Shown here in pieces: positions 39,157 to 49,442 of a stretch of DNA of 64,000 bases; the first letter of the stretch is position 1; each line of letters starts with the position of its first letter. The position numbers and the translations under genes are program-made. The DNA is taken from the NCBI GenBank assembly GCA_050950825.1, contig JBMNIH010000002.1:96001-160000 (forward strand), read 5' to 3'. Below the pieces are notes generated by a model. The model saw only the letters and a program-made list of their open reading frames with translations. It did no database searches and was not told the DNA's origin. The stretch comes from Clostridia bacterium. GTDB taxonomy: Bacteria > Bacillota > Clostridia > JAAYHZ01.

Positions 39157-39392
39157 GAAACATATTAACATAAATGACGATTAAAAGTCAAATAATTTCA
39201 TCGATTTTCTTAAAAATTGTCGGTCGGAAAACCGTTCTTTTATCGAATTTTTCTTCTTTTCCGTATTCTATCATGCACCGTATTTTTAACTTTATTCTAC
39301 GGTCCTTCATGGAATTGCAAGCCGTATGTGCATTGAAAAATCCTTCTCGTTTTCAAAGAAGGATTCAAAATAAACCGGTTCCGCGATCTTGC

Positions 39393-40169
39393 TTACTTGC
39401 TTTCTTCACGAGCTCTTTTTTTCGATAGGATAAAAATCATACCCGTAATACCCGTTATTATCGAAAATATACTAATCCATTGGGACGTAGAAAAAATCCA
39501 CAAAAAACCTCTTTCCGCATCGTATCGCAGGGTTTCCATATAGAATCTTCCGATACCGTAAAGGAGAAGGTATGTCCATAAAACGAGTCCTTTTCCTTCT
39601 TTAGATCGGCGTTTGAGTATCAAAAGAACGATAAACACAAACACATTATATACCGCTTCATAAATTTGTACGGGATGAAGAGGTATACCGGCAGGAGCGG
39701 ACAAGCTTTCCTTCGGATAAATTACCGCAAAAATACCGTCGTAAGGTTTTCCGTAGCAGCACCCGGCGGCAAAACAACCCAAACGTCCGAATATGTGGCC
39801 TACCGGAAGACCTAATGTAATACTGTCGGCCATTTTGAAAAAGTCCACTTTGTATTGTCGCGTATAAAGGTACCCTCCGACAATCCCTCCGATTAATCCT
39901 CCGTAAAACACCATTCCCGAGGAAAGGGTGTATTTGAGTATGGAGGGATCTTCTACGATTTTTCGAAGGATGGTAATGATATACAGGATCTTTCCTCCCG
40001 CCAACCCGCCGATCATCGCATAAAGAGAACAATAAAAAATGTCCGATCTTATGGGCTTATCCTTCGGATCGCCGTAGACGGCGACCAATATTCCGAAGAA
40101 TATGCCCAACAGACCGGTCAGCGTATATGTATATATACTTACGGGTCCGATATGAATAATAGGATGCAT
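39393..40169 (-). CDS. lgt: Prolipoprotein diacylglyceryl transferase
   Basis: GMVFYGGLIG, GRLGCFAAGCCYG, HPVQIYE, RFYMETLR, STSQWIS. Confidence 0.9.
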   Translation of the reverse strand: MHPIIHIGPVSIYTYTLTGLLGIFFGILVAVYGDPKDKPIRSDIFYCSLYAMIGGLAGGKILYIITILRKIVEDPSILKYTLSSGMVFYGGLIGGIVGGYLYTRQYKVDFFKMADSITLGLPVGHIFGRLGCFAAGCCYGKPYDGIFAVIYPKESLSAPAGIPLHPVQIYEAVYNVFVFIVLLILKRRSKEGKGLVLWTYLLLYGIGRFYMETLRYDAERGFLWIFSTSQWISIFSIITGITGMIFILSKKRAREESK

Positions 40170-40181
40170 AATTTTTTTACT

Positions 40182-40514
40182 TTACATTGCTTGAGAGCAT
40201 GCGGCGATACCTATTGTTCCTACAATACAAGCCGCACACAAAAAGCCGATTCCTGCAATTGCCGTACCGATAATGGAGCAGATAAGGCCGGCCATGGACA
40301 TGTTCTTGACTTCCTTTAACCCGGGATCCGTTTCCACGTTATCACCAATGGCTTGCAGTTCTTTGCGTATGTTAACGCTTAATATGATCCCGACAATACC
40401 GATAATCAATCCGGCTAAAGCGAAAACTCCGGTGAAAACACTGATTACCGCCAATACGCCACACACAAGAGAGGCTATCGCTTTGTTTTTTAAATCCATT
40501 TTTATATCCTCCAT
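40182..40514 (-). CDS. Small membrane protein (DUF4190-like)
   Basis: AIASLVCGVLA...GIILS...AGLICSIIG pattern. Confidence 0.6.
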   Translation of the reverse strand: MEDIKMDLKNKAIASLVCGVLAVISVFTGVFALAGLIIGIVGIILSVNIRKELQAIGDNVETDPGLKEVKNMSMAGLICSIIGTAIAGIGFLCAACIVGTIGIAACSQAM

Positions 40515-40556
40515 TTAAATAATAAGGTTCATATTAAGGTACAAGGTTATGTAATG

Positions 40557-40898
40557 GCGAGTAAGTCTGTAAGCCGGGTTCTGTCTTGAACAATCATCTA
40601 TCTCCGCATTGCATTACTGCAATGCTTTAGCCACCTTTAGGACGGACGGGCAATCCTATATGTCCTTTATGCGGTGTTGCACCGGGCGGGGTTTACAGAG
40701 CGCAAATCCGTCGCCGGATTGCCGGTGAGCTCTTACCTCACCTTTCCACCCTTGCCTGCCAAGCAGGCGGTTTATTTCTGTTGCACTTTCCTTGAAGTCG
40801 CCTTCACCGGGTATTACCCGGCGCCTTGCCCTACGGTGCCCGGACTTTCCTCGGATACAACCTTTCGGTTTGTATACGCGATTGTTCGGCTTACTCGC
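40557..40898 (-). ncRNA. rnpB: RNase P RNA (type A)
   Basis: P1 GCGAGTAAG/CTTACTCGC; GAGGAAAGTCCGGG, GGAAAGTGCAACAGAAA, ACAGAACCCGGCTTA. sigmaA-like promoter at 40911-40938. Confidence 0.96.
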
Positions 40899-40982
40899 AG
40901 CTTTACATAAATTATAACATACCTTTTTGATATTTCAATGGGAAAAGAAGGTTTTTTGACAACGAACTCCCTTGCAATATCA

Positions 40983-41786
40983 TTACCTTGACTTTAGTAC
41001 GGGTGTTTCTTTTTCCGAAGGAATAAATTCCGTGTCGGGAACTTTTGCTTTTAAACGTTTGGCTAAAGCTTCTTTATAAATCACTTCACTTTCGTAATGC
41101 CCTACCAAAACCGTATCCAGCCCGTAAGCAAAGGCATCCAAAACATCGTGGTACTTCATCTCCCCGCTCACGTATATATCCGGCCGTTGTGCCAAAAGGG
41201 GAGCAAAATTCCCGTCAAAGGAGCCGGAGCAAAGGGCCACCTTCTTAATGATTTTATCGTTGCTTCCTGTATACCGAAGGGTAGATACCTTAAAAGATTT
41301 CTTTATAATGTCTAAAAAGTCGAACAAGGAAATTTCCTTTTCCAAAACGCCGATTCTTCCTACAACGGTCGGTTTGGCTTCGGATTCTTCGCATAAGGGT
41401 CTTACATTCTTTAATCCCATAAGCTCCGCCATAAGATCACAGGTTCCGTCTTTCGATACATCCATATTGGTATGAGCGGCATAAATGCACAAACCGTTTC
41501 GTATGGCCTTATAGACCGTATCCTGAACCGGAGTTTCCCCCGATATTCTGGAAAGAGGCTTAAAGATCAGGGGGTGATGAGACAGAATCATTTGGCAGCC
41601 CTTTTCAATGGCTTCATCCGCCGTTTTACTCGTTACATCAAGACAAAGCAGTACTTTTTGAACCGGCTGGCTGCGATACCCTATAAGCAAACCGACATTG
41701 TCCCGTTCCATGGCTTTATGAAGCGGAAACATTTCCTCCAAAACATCGCATATGCTACCGCAAAGGGCCATAATCCTCTTTTCCAT
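40983..41786 (-). CDS. Nif3-like dinuclear metal centre hexameric protein
   Basis: DNVGLLIG, LSHHPLIF, YAAHTNMD, GEMKYH, GHYESE. Confidence 0.9.
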   Translation of the reverse strand: MEKRIMALCGSICDVLEEMFPLHKAMERDNVGLLIGYRSQPVQKVLLCLDVTSKTADEAIEKGCQMILSHHPLIFKPLSRISGETPVQDTVYKAIRNGLCIYAAHTNMDVSKDGTCDLMAELMGLKNVRPLCEESEAKPTVVGRIGVLEKEISLFDFLDIIKKSFKVSTLRYTGSNDKIIKKVALCSGSFDGNFAPLLAQRPDIYVSGEMKYHDVLDAFAYGLDTVLVGHYESEVIYKEALAKRLKAKVPDTEFIPSEKETPVLKSR

Positions 41787-42489
41787 CCTTTCTTTCGTTC
41801 TTTATATCCTTCAGCTTATTAATAATTTCTTTTAACTCGTCCGTTCTCTCCGAATCCGGGTCTTTCGCCCTCTTCATGCCGGACCGGATGCGGGTCAGCA
41901 ACCCGATTCTTCGTTCCAAATATTTAAGCACAAGATCCGTTTTTTGCTCTAAAAGAGAGGGGCTTGCATGGTAAAATGCCGGATGAACTTTTTTAGGCAG
42001 TCCCCCGGGGATAATACTCATGGCGGTATACAATTTGTTTCTGTCGCAGCAAATCCTTTCTTCCGATATATCCAATCCGTTTTTGTAACAGTATTCGCGA
42101 ACCATTTCATCGGCATACATACACTGTATGATCAACCGATTGCATATATCGACTTTTCTTTTGTTCTTTTCCAGCATTTCCGTGATCGTTAATCCGCCCA
42201 TGCCGCATATTAATACGGTATCCACTTCATGGTCCTGAATACAATCCAAACCGTCTCCCAATCTGAGCTCGATCATATGAGAAAGGCCGTGCTCTTCGAT
42301 ATTGTTTTTTGCGATTCGCAAAGGGCCTTCCCGAATATCCGTTGCAATGATTTTTTTACACAAATCCATTTGTGCCGCATAAAGGGGTATATAGGCATGG
42401 TCGGTTCCGATATCACACAATACCTCACATACCGGAATCATTTGCGCTATCATGAAAAGTCGCGCTTCCAAATCGATTGCTTTTGTCAT
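41755..42489 (-). CDS. trmK: tRNA (adenine22-N1)-methyltransferase
   Basis: DIGTDHAYIP, RLGDGL, ICGMGG; conserved position near sigA and nif3. Confidence 0.9.
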   Translation of the reverse strand: MTKAIDLEARLFMIAQMIPVCEVLCDIGTDHAYIPLYAAQMDLCKKIIATDIREGPLRIAKNNIEEHGLSHMIELRLGDGLDCIQDHEVDTVLICGMGGLTITEMLEKNKRKVDICNRLIIQCMYADEMVREYCYKNGLDISEERICCDRNKLYTAMSIIPGGLPKKVHPAFYHASPSLLEQKTDLVLKYLERRIGLLTRIRSGMKRAKDPDSERTDELKEIINKLKDIKNERKDGKEDYGPLR

Positions 42490-44405
42490 AGAATCTCCCG
42501 ATCTTCCGTTTTTTGCTTATCGGCAATATACCGTTTTGCCTGCATAGTAAACAATCGGCTGTAGGGTCCGCCGTTTTCCATCAATTGCTCATGGGTTCCC
42601 ATTTCCACTAGCTTTCCGTTCTCTAAGAACAGAACCTTTTGCGAAATGGTGGCACTGGACAAACGATGGGACACGAATATGGCCGTCTTTTCTTCCTTCA
42701 TCTCCTCCAATTGCTTGAACAAATTGTATTCGGCTTCCGCATCCATGGAAGCGGAGGGTTCGTCGAATATAAGGATTTCACCGTTTCTGAAAAAAGCTCG
42801 GGCAACGGCGATTTTCTGCCACTGTCCTACCGACAGCTCCAACCCGTTTCGGTCGAATTGTCTTGTTAACTCCGTATCGTACCCGTTTTCCAGCTTTTCT
42901 ATGAATTCATCCGCATTGCTGCTTTTCGCTGCATTTTTAATGGCCAACAAATCGTTGATGTTATCCAAATTTCCCAATGCAATGTTTTCACGGATGGAAA
43001 AAGCCAGCTTGCCGAAATCTTGAAAGACAACGGAGTAGAGCTTATACAAATCATAAGGATCGTACTCACGAATGTCCGTACCGTCCAAAAGAATTTTTCC
43101 CTCCGTAGGATCGTATAAACGAAGAAGCAGTTTCAAAAGGGTGGTTTTTCCCGCTCCGTTGTGACCTACCAACGCAACGGTTTGCCCTTCTTCGATAACA
43201 AAAGACAAATCATCCAACACCTTCTTATCCGTACCGGGATAGGAAAAGGAAACGTTTTGAAATTCGATTCTGTGCTTTTGGTTTATTTTGACCCTTTTCG
43301 GAGGTTCAACGGCGGGTTTAATCGTGATTTCTTGTTCCAAAAACTCTTTCAAATTATCAATAAACAAACTGCCTTCATAGATGCCGGAAACGGTACTCGT
43401 TATATTCACAACGGATCGTTCGATATTGGTTGCGGCTCCGGTGAAAAACGAAAAGTTTTCCAAGGAGATAATGCCCTTTAATGTACTGATGCCCATATCT
43501 ATGTACACCCAAGCCAAGGTAACCAAGGAGCATAGGCTTCCGAAACAAGTCCATTTGATAATCAATTTTTGAAGCGCTTTGGTTTGCTTGTACGCGCTTT
43601 CAAATGCCTCTTTGTACTTTTCAATCAAAAGATCGCACATGTCGTAAAGCTTGACTTCCATTACGGTATAGCGATTGGTCACCAACGAAGAGTAATAGGA
43701 CATTTTCCTTCGTTCGACGGATTGGCGTACATGGAGTCGATAGTTTCGTCCCCTAATATACATGCTGATGTACCCTACAGGGATGCTGGATATCAAGAGC
43801 AAAGCGGCGAACAAGCGGTTGTATGTTGCTACAACCGTTACAAAGCTGATGATACTGATAATCGAGGATATCAATTGATAGGACGAGTTCATTATGGAGA
43901 TGGGGCGGTTGCCGGCTTCGTTGTTGGCATTTTCCATTTTGGAATAGAATTCCGCATCGTCAAAGCAGGCCATATCGATTTCACCGGCTTTTTTCATAAT
44001 TTTAATCTTAATATTCCTGGCCAACACGTCTCCCATCAAACGGCTTAACGCCGAATTGAATGTATTCGCCAAACGGGTTGCCAATGTCAAGCCGAAATAC
44101 AAGCAGGAGTAAAGAATCAAAAGGCGAGCCGCCTCTTCCTTGAATCCGCCGGACATGCTTTCCGCCAGTATGCCGATTACTTTCTTTCCCAGCCACACCG
44201 ACGCCACAGGCTGAAGACCGGTGAACAAAACGATTCCTGCGAAAGCAAGCATGATCCACTTGTTTGTTTCCCAGATTAAGCTGTAAACGTAAAGAACTTT
44301 ATTAATCGAGTATACCGCTTTTTGAAAAAAATTACGATTATCGACGTAATCTCGGTAAGGATTCCGGGAGAGATCTTTTAATCTTATCTTATCATTATTA
44401 TCCAA
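42486..44405 (-). CDS. ABC exporter, fused permease + ATPase
   Basis: TM domain, Walker A GHNGAGKT, signature LSVGQWQ, IFDEP, SHR. TTG start with SD AAGGAG. Confidence 0.9.
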   Translation of the reverse strand: MDNNDKIRLKDLSRNPYRDYVDNRNFFQKAVYSINKVLYVYSLIWETNKWIMLAFAGIVLFTGLQPVASVWLGKKVIGILAESMSGGFKEEAARLLILYSCLYFGLTLATRLANTFNSALSRLMGDVLARNIKIKIMKKAGEIDMACFDDAEFYSKMENANNEAGNRPISIMNSSYQLISSIISIISFVTVVATYNRLFAALLLISSIPVGYISMYIRGRNYRLHVRQSVERRKMSYYSSLVTNRYTVMEVKLYDMCDLLIEKYKEAFESAYKQTKALQKLIIKWTCFGSLCSLVTLAWVYIDMGISTLKGIISLENFSFFTGAATNIERSVVNITSTVSGIYEGSLFIDNLKEFLEQEITIKPAVEPPKRVKINQKHRIEFQNVSFSYPGTDKKVLDDLSFVIEEGQTVALVGHNGAGKTTLLKLLLRLYDPTEGKILLDGTDIREYDPYDLYKLYSVVFQDFGKLAFSIRENIALGNLDNINDLLAIKNAAKSSNADEFIEKLENGYDTELTRQFDRNGLELSVGQWQKIAVARAFFRNGEILIFDEPSASMDAEAEYNLFKQLEEMKEEKTAIFVSHRLSSATISQKVLFLENGKLVEMGTHEQLMENGGPYSRLFTMQAKRYIADKQKTEDREIL

Positions 44406-44440
44406 AACACTACTCCTTTTACCCGTTTTTTGTCGACATA

Positions 44441-44472
44441 CAAAAAATGTCGAAGCATTCTACTTCGACATT
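44441..44472 (-). terminator. Terminator after the tRNA pair
   Basis: Minus strand AATGTCGAAG-tagaatg-CTTCGACATT followed by TTTT. Confidence 0.75.
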
Positions 44473-44479
44473 CAACGGT

Positions 44480-44556
44480 TGGTGGGCCTTCAGGGACTCG
44501 AACCCCGGACCGGCCGGTTATGAGCCGGCTGCTCTAACCAACTGAGCTAAAGGCCC
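44480..44556 (-). tRNA. tRNA-Ile2 (anticodon CAT, lysidine-modified type)
   Basis: GGGCCTTTAGCTCAGTTGGTTAGAGCAGCCGGCTCATAACCGGCCGGTCCGGGGTTCGAGTCCCTGAAGGCCCACCA; the body resembles Firmicute Ile2 rather than Met. Confidence 0.88.
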
Positions 44557-44559
44557 GAA

Positions 44560-44635
44560 TGGCTCCCCAAGTAGGACTCGAACCTACGACCCTGCGGTTA
44601 ACAGCCGCATGCTCTACCGACTGAGCTATTGAGGA
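44560..44635 (-). tRNA. tRNA-Asn (GTT)
   Basis: TCCTCAATAGCTCAGTCGGTAGAGCATGCGGCTGTTAACCGCAGGGTCGTAGGTTCGAGTCCTACTTGGGGAGCCA. Confidence 0.96.
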
Positions 44636-44673
44636 ATGTCTTGAACCCTGTTTTCCTTAAGGGCACATTCTGT

Positions 44674-44702
44674 ATTATACACATCGAGGGTAGGCAGGTC
44701 AA
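44674..44702 (-). promoter_or_regulatory. sigmaA promoter of the tRNA operon
   Basis: TTGACC-17 nt-TATAAT with extended -10 TG. Confidence 0.8.
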
Positions 44703-44760
44703 GAGTTTTTTGTGCTTTTTTATCGTTTCCAAATCCGTTTTTCGGCCTTTTTCTTCATCG

Positions 44761-44796
44761 GCAAAAAACTCCCGACGGTTCTCGGGAGTTTTTTGC
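44761..44796 (-). terminator. sigA terminator
   Basis: gcaaaaaactcccga-cggttc-tcgggagttttttgc. Confidence 0.85.
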
Positions 44797-44836
44797 TTCT
44801 ATCTTTTTATTGCTTGTTTTTTAATTTTCTTTTCCT

Positions 44837-45907
44837 TTAATCCAAATAATCCTTCAATTTTTTGCTTCGGCTGGGATGGCGCAGCTTTCTTAACGCCTTC
44901 GCTTCGATTTGGCGTATTCTTTCTCGTGTTACCCGGAATTCTCTTCCCACTTCTTCCAGCGTTCGAGCTCTTCCGTCATCCAAACCGAATCTCAAGCGCA
45001 GAACCTTTTCTTCTCTCGGTGTCAAGGTATCAAGAACATCGTTTAACTGTTCCTTCAGTAAAATATGGGCTGCCGCTTCCGCCGGAGCCGGCGCATCGTC
45101 ATCGGGAATAAAGTCGCCTAAATGGCTGTCTTCTTCTTCTCCGATAGGCGTTTCCAAAGAAACCGGTTCTTGAGATATTTTCATGATTTCTCTTACCTTT
45201 TCCACCGGTATGTCCATTTCCTCGGCAATTTCTTCCGGCTTCGGATCTCTTCCCAATTCTTGTACCAACTGTCGCGATACCCTTATCAGTTTATTAATGG
45301 TTTCAACCATATGTACGGGTATACGTATGGTTCTCGCTTGGTCGGCAATGGCTCTTGTTATGGCTTGCCGGATCCACCAGGTTGCGTATGTGCTGAACTT
45401 GTAGCCTTTGCGGTAATCGAATTTTTCGACGGCTTTAATTAGACCTAAGTTTCCTTCCTGAATCAGGTCCAAAAACTGCATACCGCGTCCCACATAGCGT
45501 TTTGCAATGCTAACCACCAAACGAAGGTTGGCTTCCGCAAGTCTTCTTTTGCATTCTTCGTCTCCCTTTTCCATTCCCTTTGCCAATTCGACTTCTTCTT
45601 CCGCCGTTAATAAATCCACTTTCCCGATCTCTTTTAAGTACATTCTTACGGGATCGTCGATAGCAATTCCTTCCGGCAGACTGAGATCAAAGTCTTCCGC
45701 TTCAAGATCCTCGGGATCCTCCGGTTCCGTTTCTCCGTCCAACGAAATCCCCGATTTCTCGATAATTTCGTATATTTCTACGATTTCTTCGGGTGAAATA
45801 TCCACCTCTTCGTATGCATCTATAATATCTTGATCGGTTAATTTCCCTGTTAGCTTTCCTTTTTCAAGAAGATCATTTAATATTGATTTTTTATCTGTAT
45901 TAACCAT
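44837..45907 (-). CDS. sigA: Primary RNA polymerase sigma factor SigA/RpoD
   Basis: [65 protein letters not shown]. Confidence 0.98.
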   Translation of the reverse strand: MVNTDKKSILNDLLEKGKLTGKLTDQDIIDAYEEVDISPEEIVEIYEIIEKSGISLDGETEPEDPEDLEAEDFDLSLPEGIAIDDPVRMYLKEIGKVDLLTAEEEVELAKGMEKGDEECKRRLAEANLRLVVSIAKRYVGRGMQFLDLIQEGNLGLIKAVEKFDYRKGYKFSTYATWWIRQAITRAIADQARTIRIPVHMVETINKLIRVSRQLVQELGRDPKPEEIAEEMDIPVEKVREIMKISQEPVSLETPIGEEEDSHLGDFIPDDDAPAPAEAAAHILLKEQLNDVLDTLTPREEKVLRLRFGLDDGRARTLEEVGREFRVTRERIRQIEAKALRKLRHPSRSKKLKDYLD

Positions 45908-46005
45908 ATTTTCCCTCCGGTCGTTCTTTTATATCTATTCCGAAATTCGTTCCCTTAAGCCTATTTTTTATATTTTCCGATTTATCGACGCAATCTATAC
46001 TGATT

Positions 46006-47763
46006 TTATCGCTTTAATTTTTTCAGTTCGCGGTTTAAAATAGCAAACTCATTTTTCAATTTTTCACGGGTTTCATCGTCCCTTGTATTCTTCAAAGCCG
46101 CAAGCACTTCGTTGTATTGCCTTTCGGTTTTTGCCAGCCGATGCTTTCGAATCGCTTCGTCGATGGCTTTTTCGATCAACTCCTTGGATTCGAAGTGGGT
46201 CGTTTGAAGCACTTGGGCAAACAATGCGGCCTTGTTTTCATCGACCATCTGCATCAGCATTGCCGGCGTCACCGTTTTTTTATCCCGGTAACTTCGGAGC
46301 ATTTCTTTGAAAATCAGCAAATGGTCGTTATCTTCAAAAAACGAATCTCCTTCCTTTTCATAAAATTCGGGTATGTAATCGTTATCCATCGCTAACAGAA
46401 TCAACAATCGTCGTTCGTTTTCCGTCCCGTCGTTTTTACTCTCAACGGAAGGAAAACTCAAAGGATTCGACGGAGGCTGCACATTTTTTGTTGTATACAT
46501 TTTTTCGTCTTTGTATACTTCGGACAGTATTGCCTCCGGGGAAATATCGTAGTCTTGAGCGATTTTTTTCCCGTACATCTCCACTTCCATCCGATTGTCG
46601 ATCTTTGACAACGCTTCGGCAACCATTTTCAGAAAACGGACCTTTCCCGCCGTGGTTTCCATGTCGCATTGCTTTTTAAAAACCTTCGCCTTGTATTCCA
46701 CCAGCGAGTCCGCTTTTTCAATCAGTTTTCTGAAGGCTCCCGCACCTTCTTTTTTAATAAAATCGTCGGGGTCCTTTCCTTCCGGAATAGTAATGACCTT
46801 CACATTACATCCCTTTTCGGCCAAGGTATCCATTCCCTTTAATGTTGCCGTTTGTCCCGCCAAATCGGCATCGTAGCAAATGATCACATTATCCGTATAT
46901 CTTTTTAAAAGCAAGGCTTGTCTTGCCGTTAGAGCCGTTCCTAAAGAAGCCACCACATTATCGATTCCGGCTTGGTACAGCGAAATGGCGTCCATGTAGC
47001 CCTCCACAATAACCATGTCGTTTTGTTCGGATTTCCTTGCAAAATTCAGGCCGTACAGGTTTTCCTTTTTCCTGTAGCATGCCGTTTCGGGAGAGTTGAT
47101 ATATTTCGGTAACCCGTTGTCCAATACTCTCCCTCCAAATGCAATGACATTTCCTCGAACATCAAAAATGGGAAACATCAGCCTATTTCGAAACCGATCA
47201 ATAAGGGTCTTGCTCCTCGTTCTTATACCTAAGCCCGCCGCAAGAATATCTTCTTCCGTGTAGCCCTTCGACAACAAATGCTTGATCAACAGATCCCATG
47301 AATCCGGTGCGAATCCCAATCCGAATTTTTTCACGGTAGCCGGCATGATCTGCCTTTTCTTTATATACTCCAGCGCCTCCTTTCCGTAGGCTGATCTTAA
47401 GTTTTTATGAAAAAACCGGGCTGCAACCGTATTCATTTCGATGATTTTGTTAACAAGCTTCGCCTTTTTTACATCGCCTTTTTCTTCTTTTTCCGGCAAT
47501 TCCACTCCGGTCTTGTCCGATAAATATTTTAAGGCGTCGTAATAGTCCAAACCTTCTTTCGTTCGGATAAAGGTAATGACATTACCTCCTCTTTTACAGC
47601 CAAAGCAATAATAGGTTTGCTTTTCTCGGCTGACATGAAACGACGGGGTTTTCTCACCGTGGAAGGGACATAATCCGACATATTCGTTACCTTGCCTTTT
47701 CAGTGTCGTATAATCGGATATAATGTCCACTATATCAATTTTGCTTAAAAAATCGTCGCTCAT
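46006..47763 (-). CDS. dnaG: DNA primase
   Basis: CPFHGEKTPSF...YCFGC zinc finger, FGGR, KYINSPET, VEGYMD, CYDAD, KDPD. Confidence 0.96.
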   Translation of the reverse strand: MSDDFLSKIDIVDIISDYTTLKRQGNEYVGLCPFHGEKTPSFHVSREKQTYYCFGCKRGGNVITFIRTKEGLDYYDALKYLSDKTGVELPEKEEKGDVKKAKLVNKIIEMNTVAARFFHKNLRSAYGKEALEYIKKRQIMPATVKKFGLGFAPDSWDLLIKHLLSKGYTEEDILAAGLGIRTRSKTLIDRFRNRLMFPIFDVRGNVIAFGGRVLDNGLPKYINSPETACYRKKENLYGLNFARKSEQNDMVIVEGYMDAISLYQAGIDNVVASLGTALTARQALLLKRYTDNVIICYDADLAGQTATLKGMDTLAEKGCNVKVITIPEGKDPDDFIKKEGAGAFRKLIEKADSLVEYKAKVFKKQCDMETTAGKVRFLKMVAEALSKIDNRMEVEMYGKKIAQDYDISPEAILSEVYKDEKMYTTKNVQPPSNPLSFPSVESKNDGTENERRLLILLAMDNDYIPEFYEKEGDSFFEDNDHLLIFKEMLRSYRDKKTVTPAMLMQMVDENKAALFAQVLQTTHFESKELIEKAIDEAIRKHRLAKTERQYNEVLAALKNTRDDETREKLKNEFAILNRELKKLKR

Positions 47764-47819
47764 ATCTCTCTCCCGATAATACTCGCACGCATAGATACAT
47801 AGCTGTCACTAAAGTAATA

Positions 47820-47848
47820 TAATTCGACAAGCATTAAAAATATCCTTC
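47820..47848 (-). promoter_or_regulatory. sigmaH-type promoter upstream of dnaG-sigA
   Basis: Minus strand AAGGATATT...GTCGAATTA (AGGA-17 nt-GAAT). Confidence 0.65.
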
Positions 47849-47906
47849 TTTTACGAAGAGAAATCAAATCTATGTTCTATTTCTTTATTCACGGATTTTC
47901 CCTATT

Positions 47907-48926
47907 TTATACATCGATACTCATCCAAAATTTAGGAACGAAGTATTTTTCAAATATTTTAACGGCAAAACGGTCGGTCATTCCGGCAATATAGTCGCAT
48001 ATCGTTCTTTCTTTCGGAACGTTTTTACTCGTAAATTCCAATTCCTTTTCTACGACTTCGAAATTCTTATCCAAATACATATACAAATATTCTAGCATAT
48101 TTTCCGCCTTTTTTTCTTCCTTTTTTGCAATGGAATCCACGTATACGTATTCAAACATAAAATTTCGCAAAGCTTCCATAGCCTCGAAAAACTCTTTACT
48201 CATAACGATATCGTTTGTTTCTTTGCTGTTTTGAACGATGTTTTTTACCATGAAGTCGATTCTTTCGCCGATGGTTTTGCCAAACATCTTTACACACTCT
48301 TTCGGAATCTGCTGTGCCGTAATGACCTTTCCGGAGATAGCGTCTTCGATATCGTGGTTAATGTAGGCGATGCGGTCAGCCATCCGAACGACTCTTCCCT
48401 CTAGAGTACACGGCAGGTTGTCGCCGGTATGGTTTAATATACCGTCTCGAACCTCGAATGTCAAGTTCAACCCTTTCCCCGCCTCCAATGCGTCCACAAC
48501 CCTGAGACTGTGTTCGTTGTGTTTGAATCCCAATGGACAGATTCGGTTTAATACTCTTTCCCCGGCATGGCCGAAGGGGGTATGTCCGATATCGTGTCCG
48601 AGGGAAATGGCTTCCGTCAAATCCTCGTTAAGCCTTAAGCAGCGGGCTATGGTTCTTGCGATCTGTGAAACCTCCAATGTATGGGTAAGTCTTGTTCGAT
48701 AGTGATCTCCTTCCGGAGATATAAAGACTTGGGTTTTATGCTTCAATCTCCTGAATGCTTTGCTGTATAAAATACGATCTCGATCCCTTTGAAAATCCGT
48801 TCGGATTTCACATTTGGTTTCCGTATCGTATAGCCTCCCTTTGGAATTCTTACTCAAGGTGGCCAAGGGAGATAAATATTGCTCTTCAAAACTCTCTCTT
48901 TCTATTCTTAAGTTCAGGAGAATCAC
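47907..48926 (-). CDS. dgt: Deoxyguanosinetriphosphate triphosphohydrolase-like (HD domain)
   Basis: RTDFQRDRDRI, RRLKHKTQVF, RTRLTHTLEV, HDIGHTPFGHAGE, DYIAGMTD. True start may be CTG at 48917. Confidence 0.92.
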   Translation of the reverse strand: MILLNLRIERESFEEQYLSPLATLSKNSKGRLYDTETKCEIRTDFQRDRDRILYSKAFRRLKHKTQVFISPEGDHYRTRLTHTLEVSQIARTIARCLRLNEDLTEAISLGHDIGHTPFGHAGERVLNRICPLGFKHNEHSLRVVDALEAGKGLNLTFEVRDGILNHTGDNLPCTLEGRVVRMADRIAYINHDIEDAISGKVITAQQIPKECVKMFGKTIGERIDFMVKNIVQNSKETNDIVMSKEFFEAMEALRNFMFEYVYVDSIAKKEEKKAENMLEYLYMYLDKNFEVVEKELEFTSKNVPKERTICDYIAGMTDRFAVKIFEKYFVPKFWMSIDV

Positions 48927-49157
48927 CGCCTTTTTTTATGACTTTAACAACCTATCTTCTATTCATATTTTTTCAATACATTTTATCAAATTCCTTTTCT
49001 TTTTCCTATTTATATGCATGTTTTCTTCGATAAAAAATTAAAAAAATCCTTCTTCGACAAAAAGACAAAAAACCAAGAAAAAAAGGTAGCGAAGCTTCTC
49101 AAACGGTTTGACCATGCTTCACTACCTCTTTATTCTTATGTCACGATGCTTTGATAT

Positions 49158-49442
49158 TTATGCGAAACGTAAATCTTGAATAACTTCATATACAGACACA
49201 GGGGTGACGATGTGTCTTTTCAAAAGCGAGACCAGCCAATGAATCTCTTCCTCGTCACCGGTGTACTCCTCAATTCTCACCGACTCTAACTCGGTATCTT
49301 GAATTTTCTTCTTGACTTCGAAGCCGTAAACAGGATTTGCCGAATTATCACCCTTTTCCGTTACCAATATATGGTATTCCAGTGTGTAGCAGTTGGTATC
49401 TTCGCAGATAAATGACTCTTTTCCGATGATAATGTTCTTCAT
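49158..49442 (-). CDS. Small conserved hypothetical protein (DUF6514-like)
   Basis: LEYHIL...YGFEVKK...VTPVSVYEVIQD pattern; SD GGAG. Confidence 0.6.
   Translation of the reverse strand: MKNIIIGKESFICEDTNCYTLEYHILVTEKGDNSANPVYGFEVKKKIQDTELESVRIEEYTGDEEEIHWLVSLLKRHIVTPVSVYEVIQDLRFA

Noticed and set aside
44431-44472. Repeated TGTCGA as Spo0A boxes near the tRNAs
   Set aside because: Better explained as the stem of the tRNA operon terminator.
44480-44635. Prophage or island integrated at the tRNAs
   Set aside because: No integrase and no duplicated tRNA 3' end were seen; the flanks are core genes.
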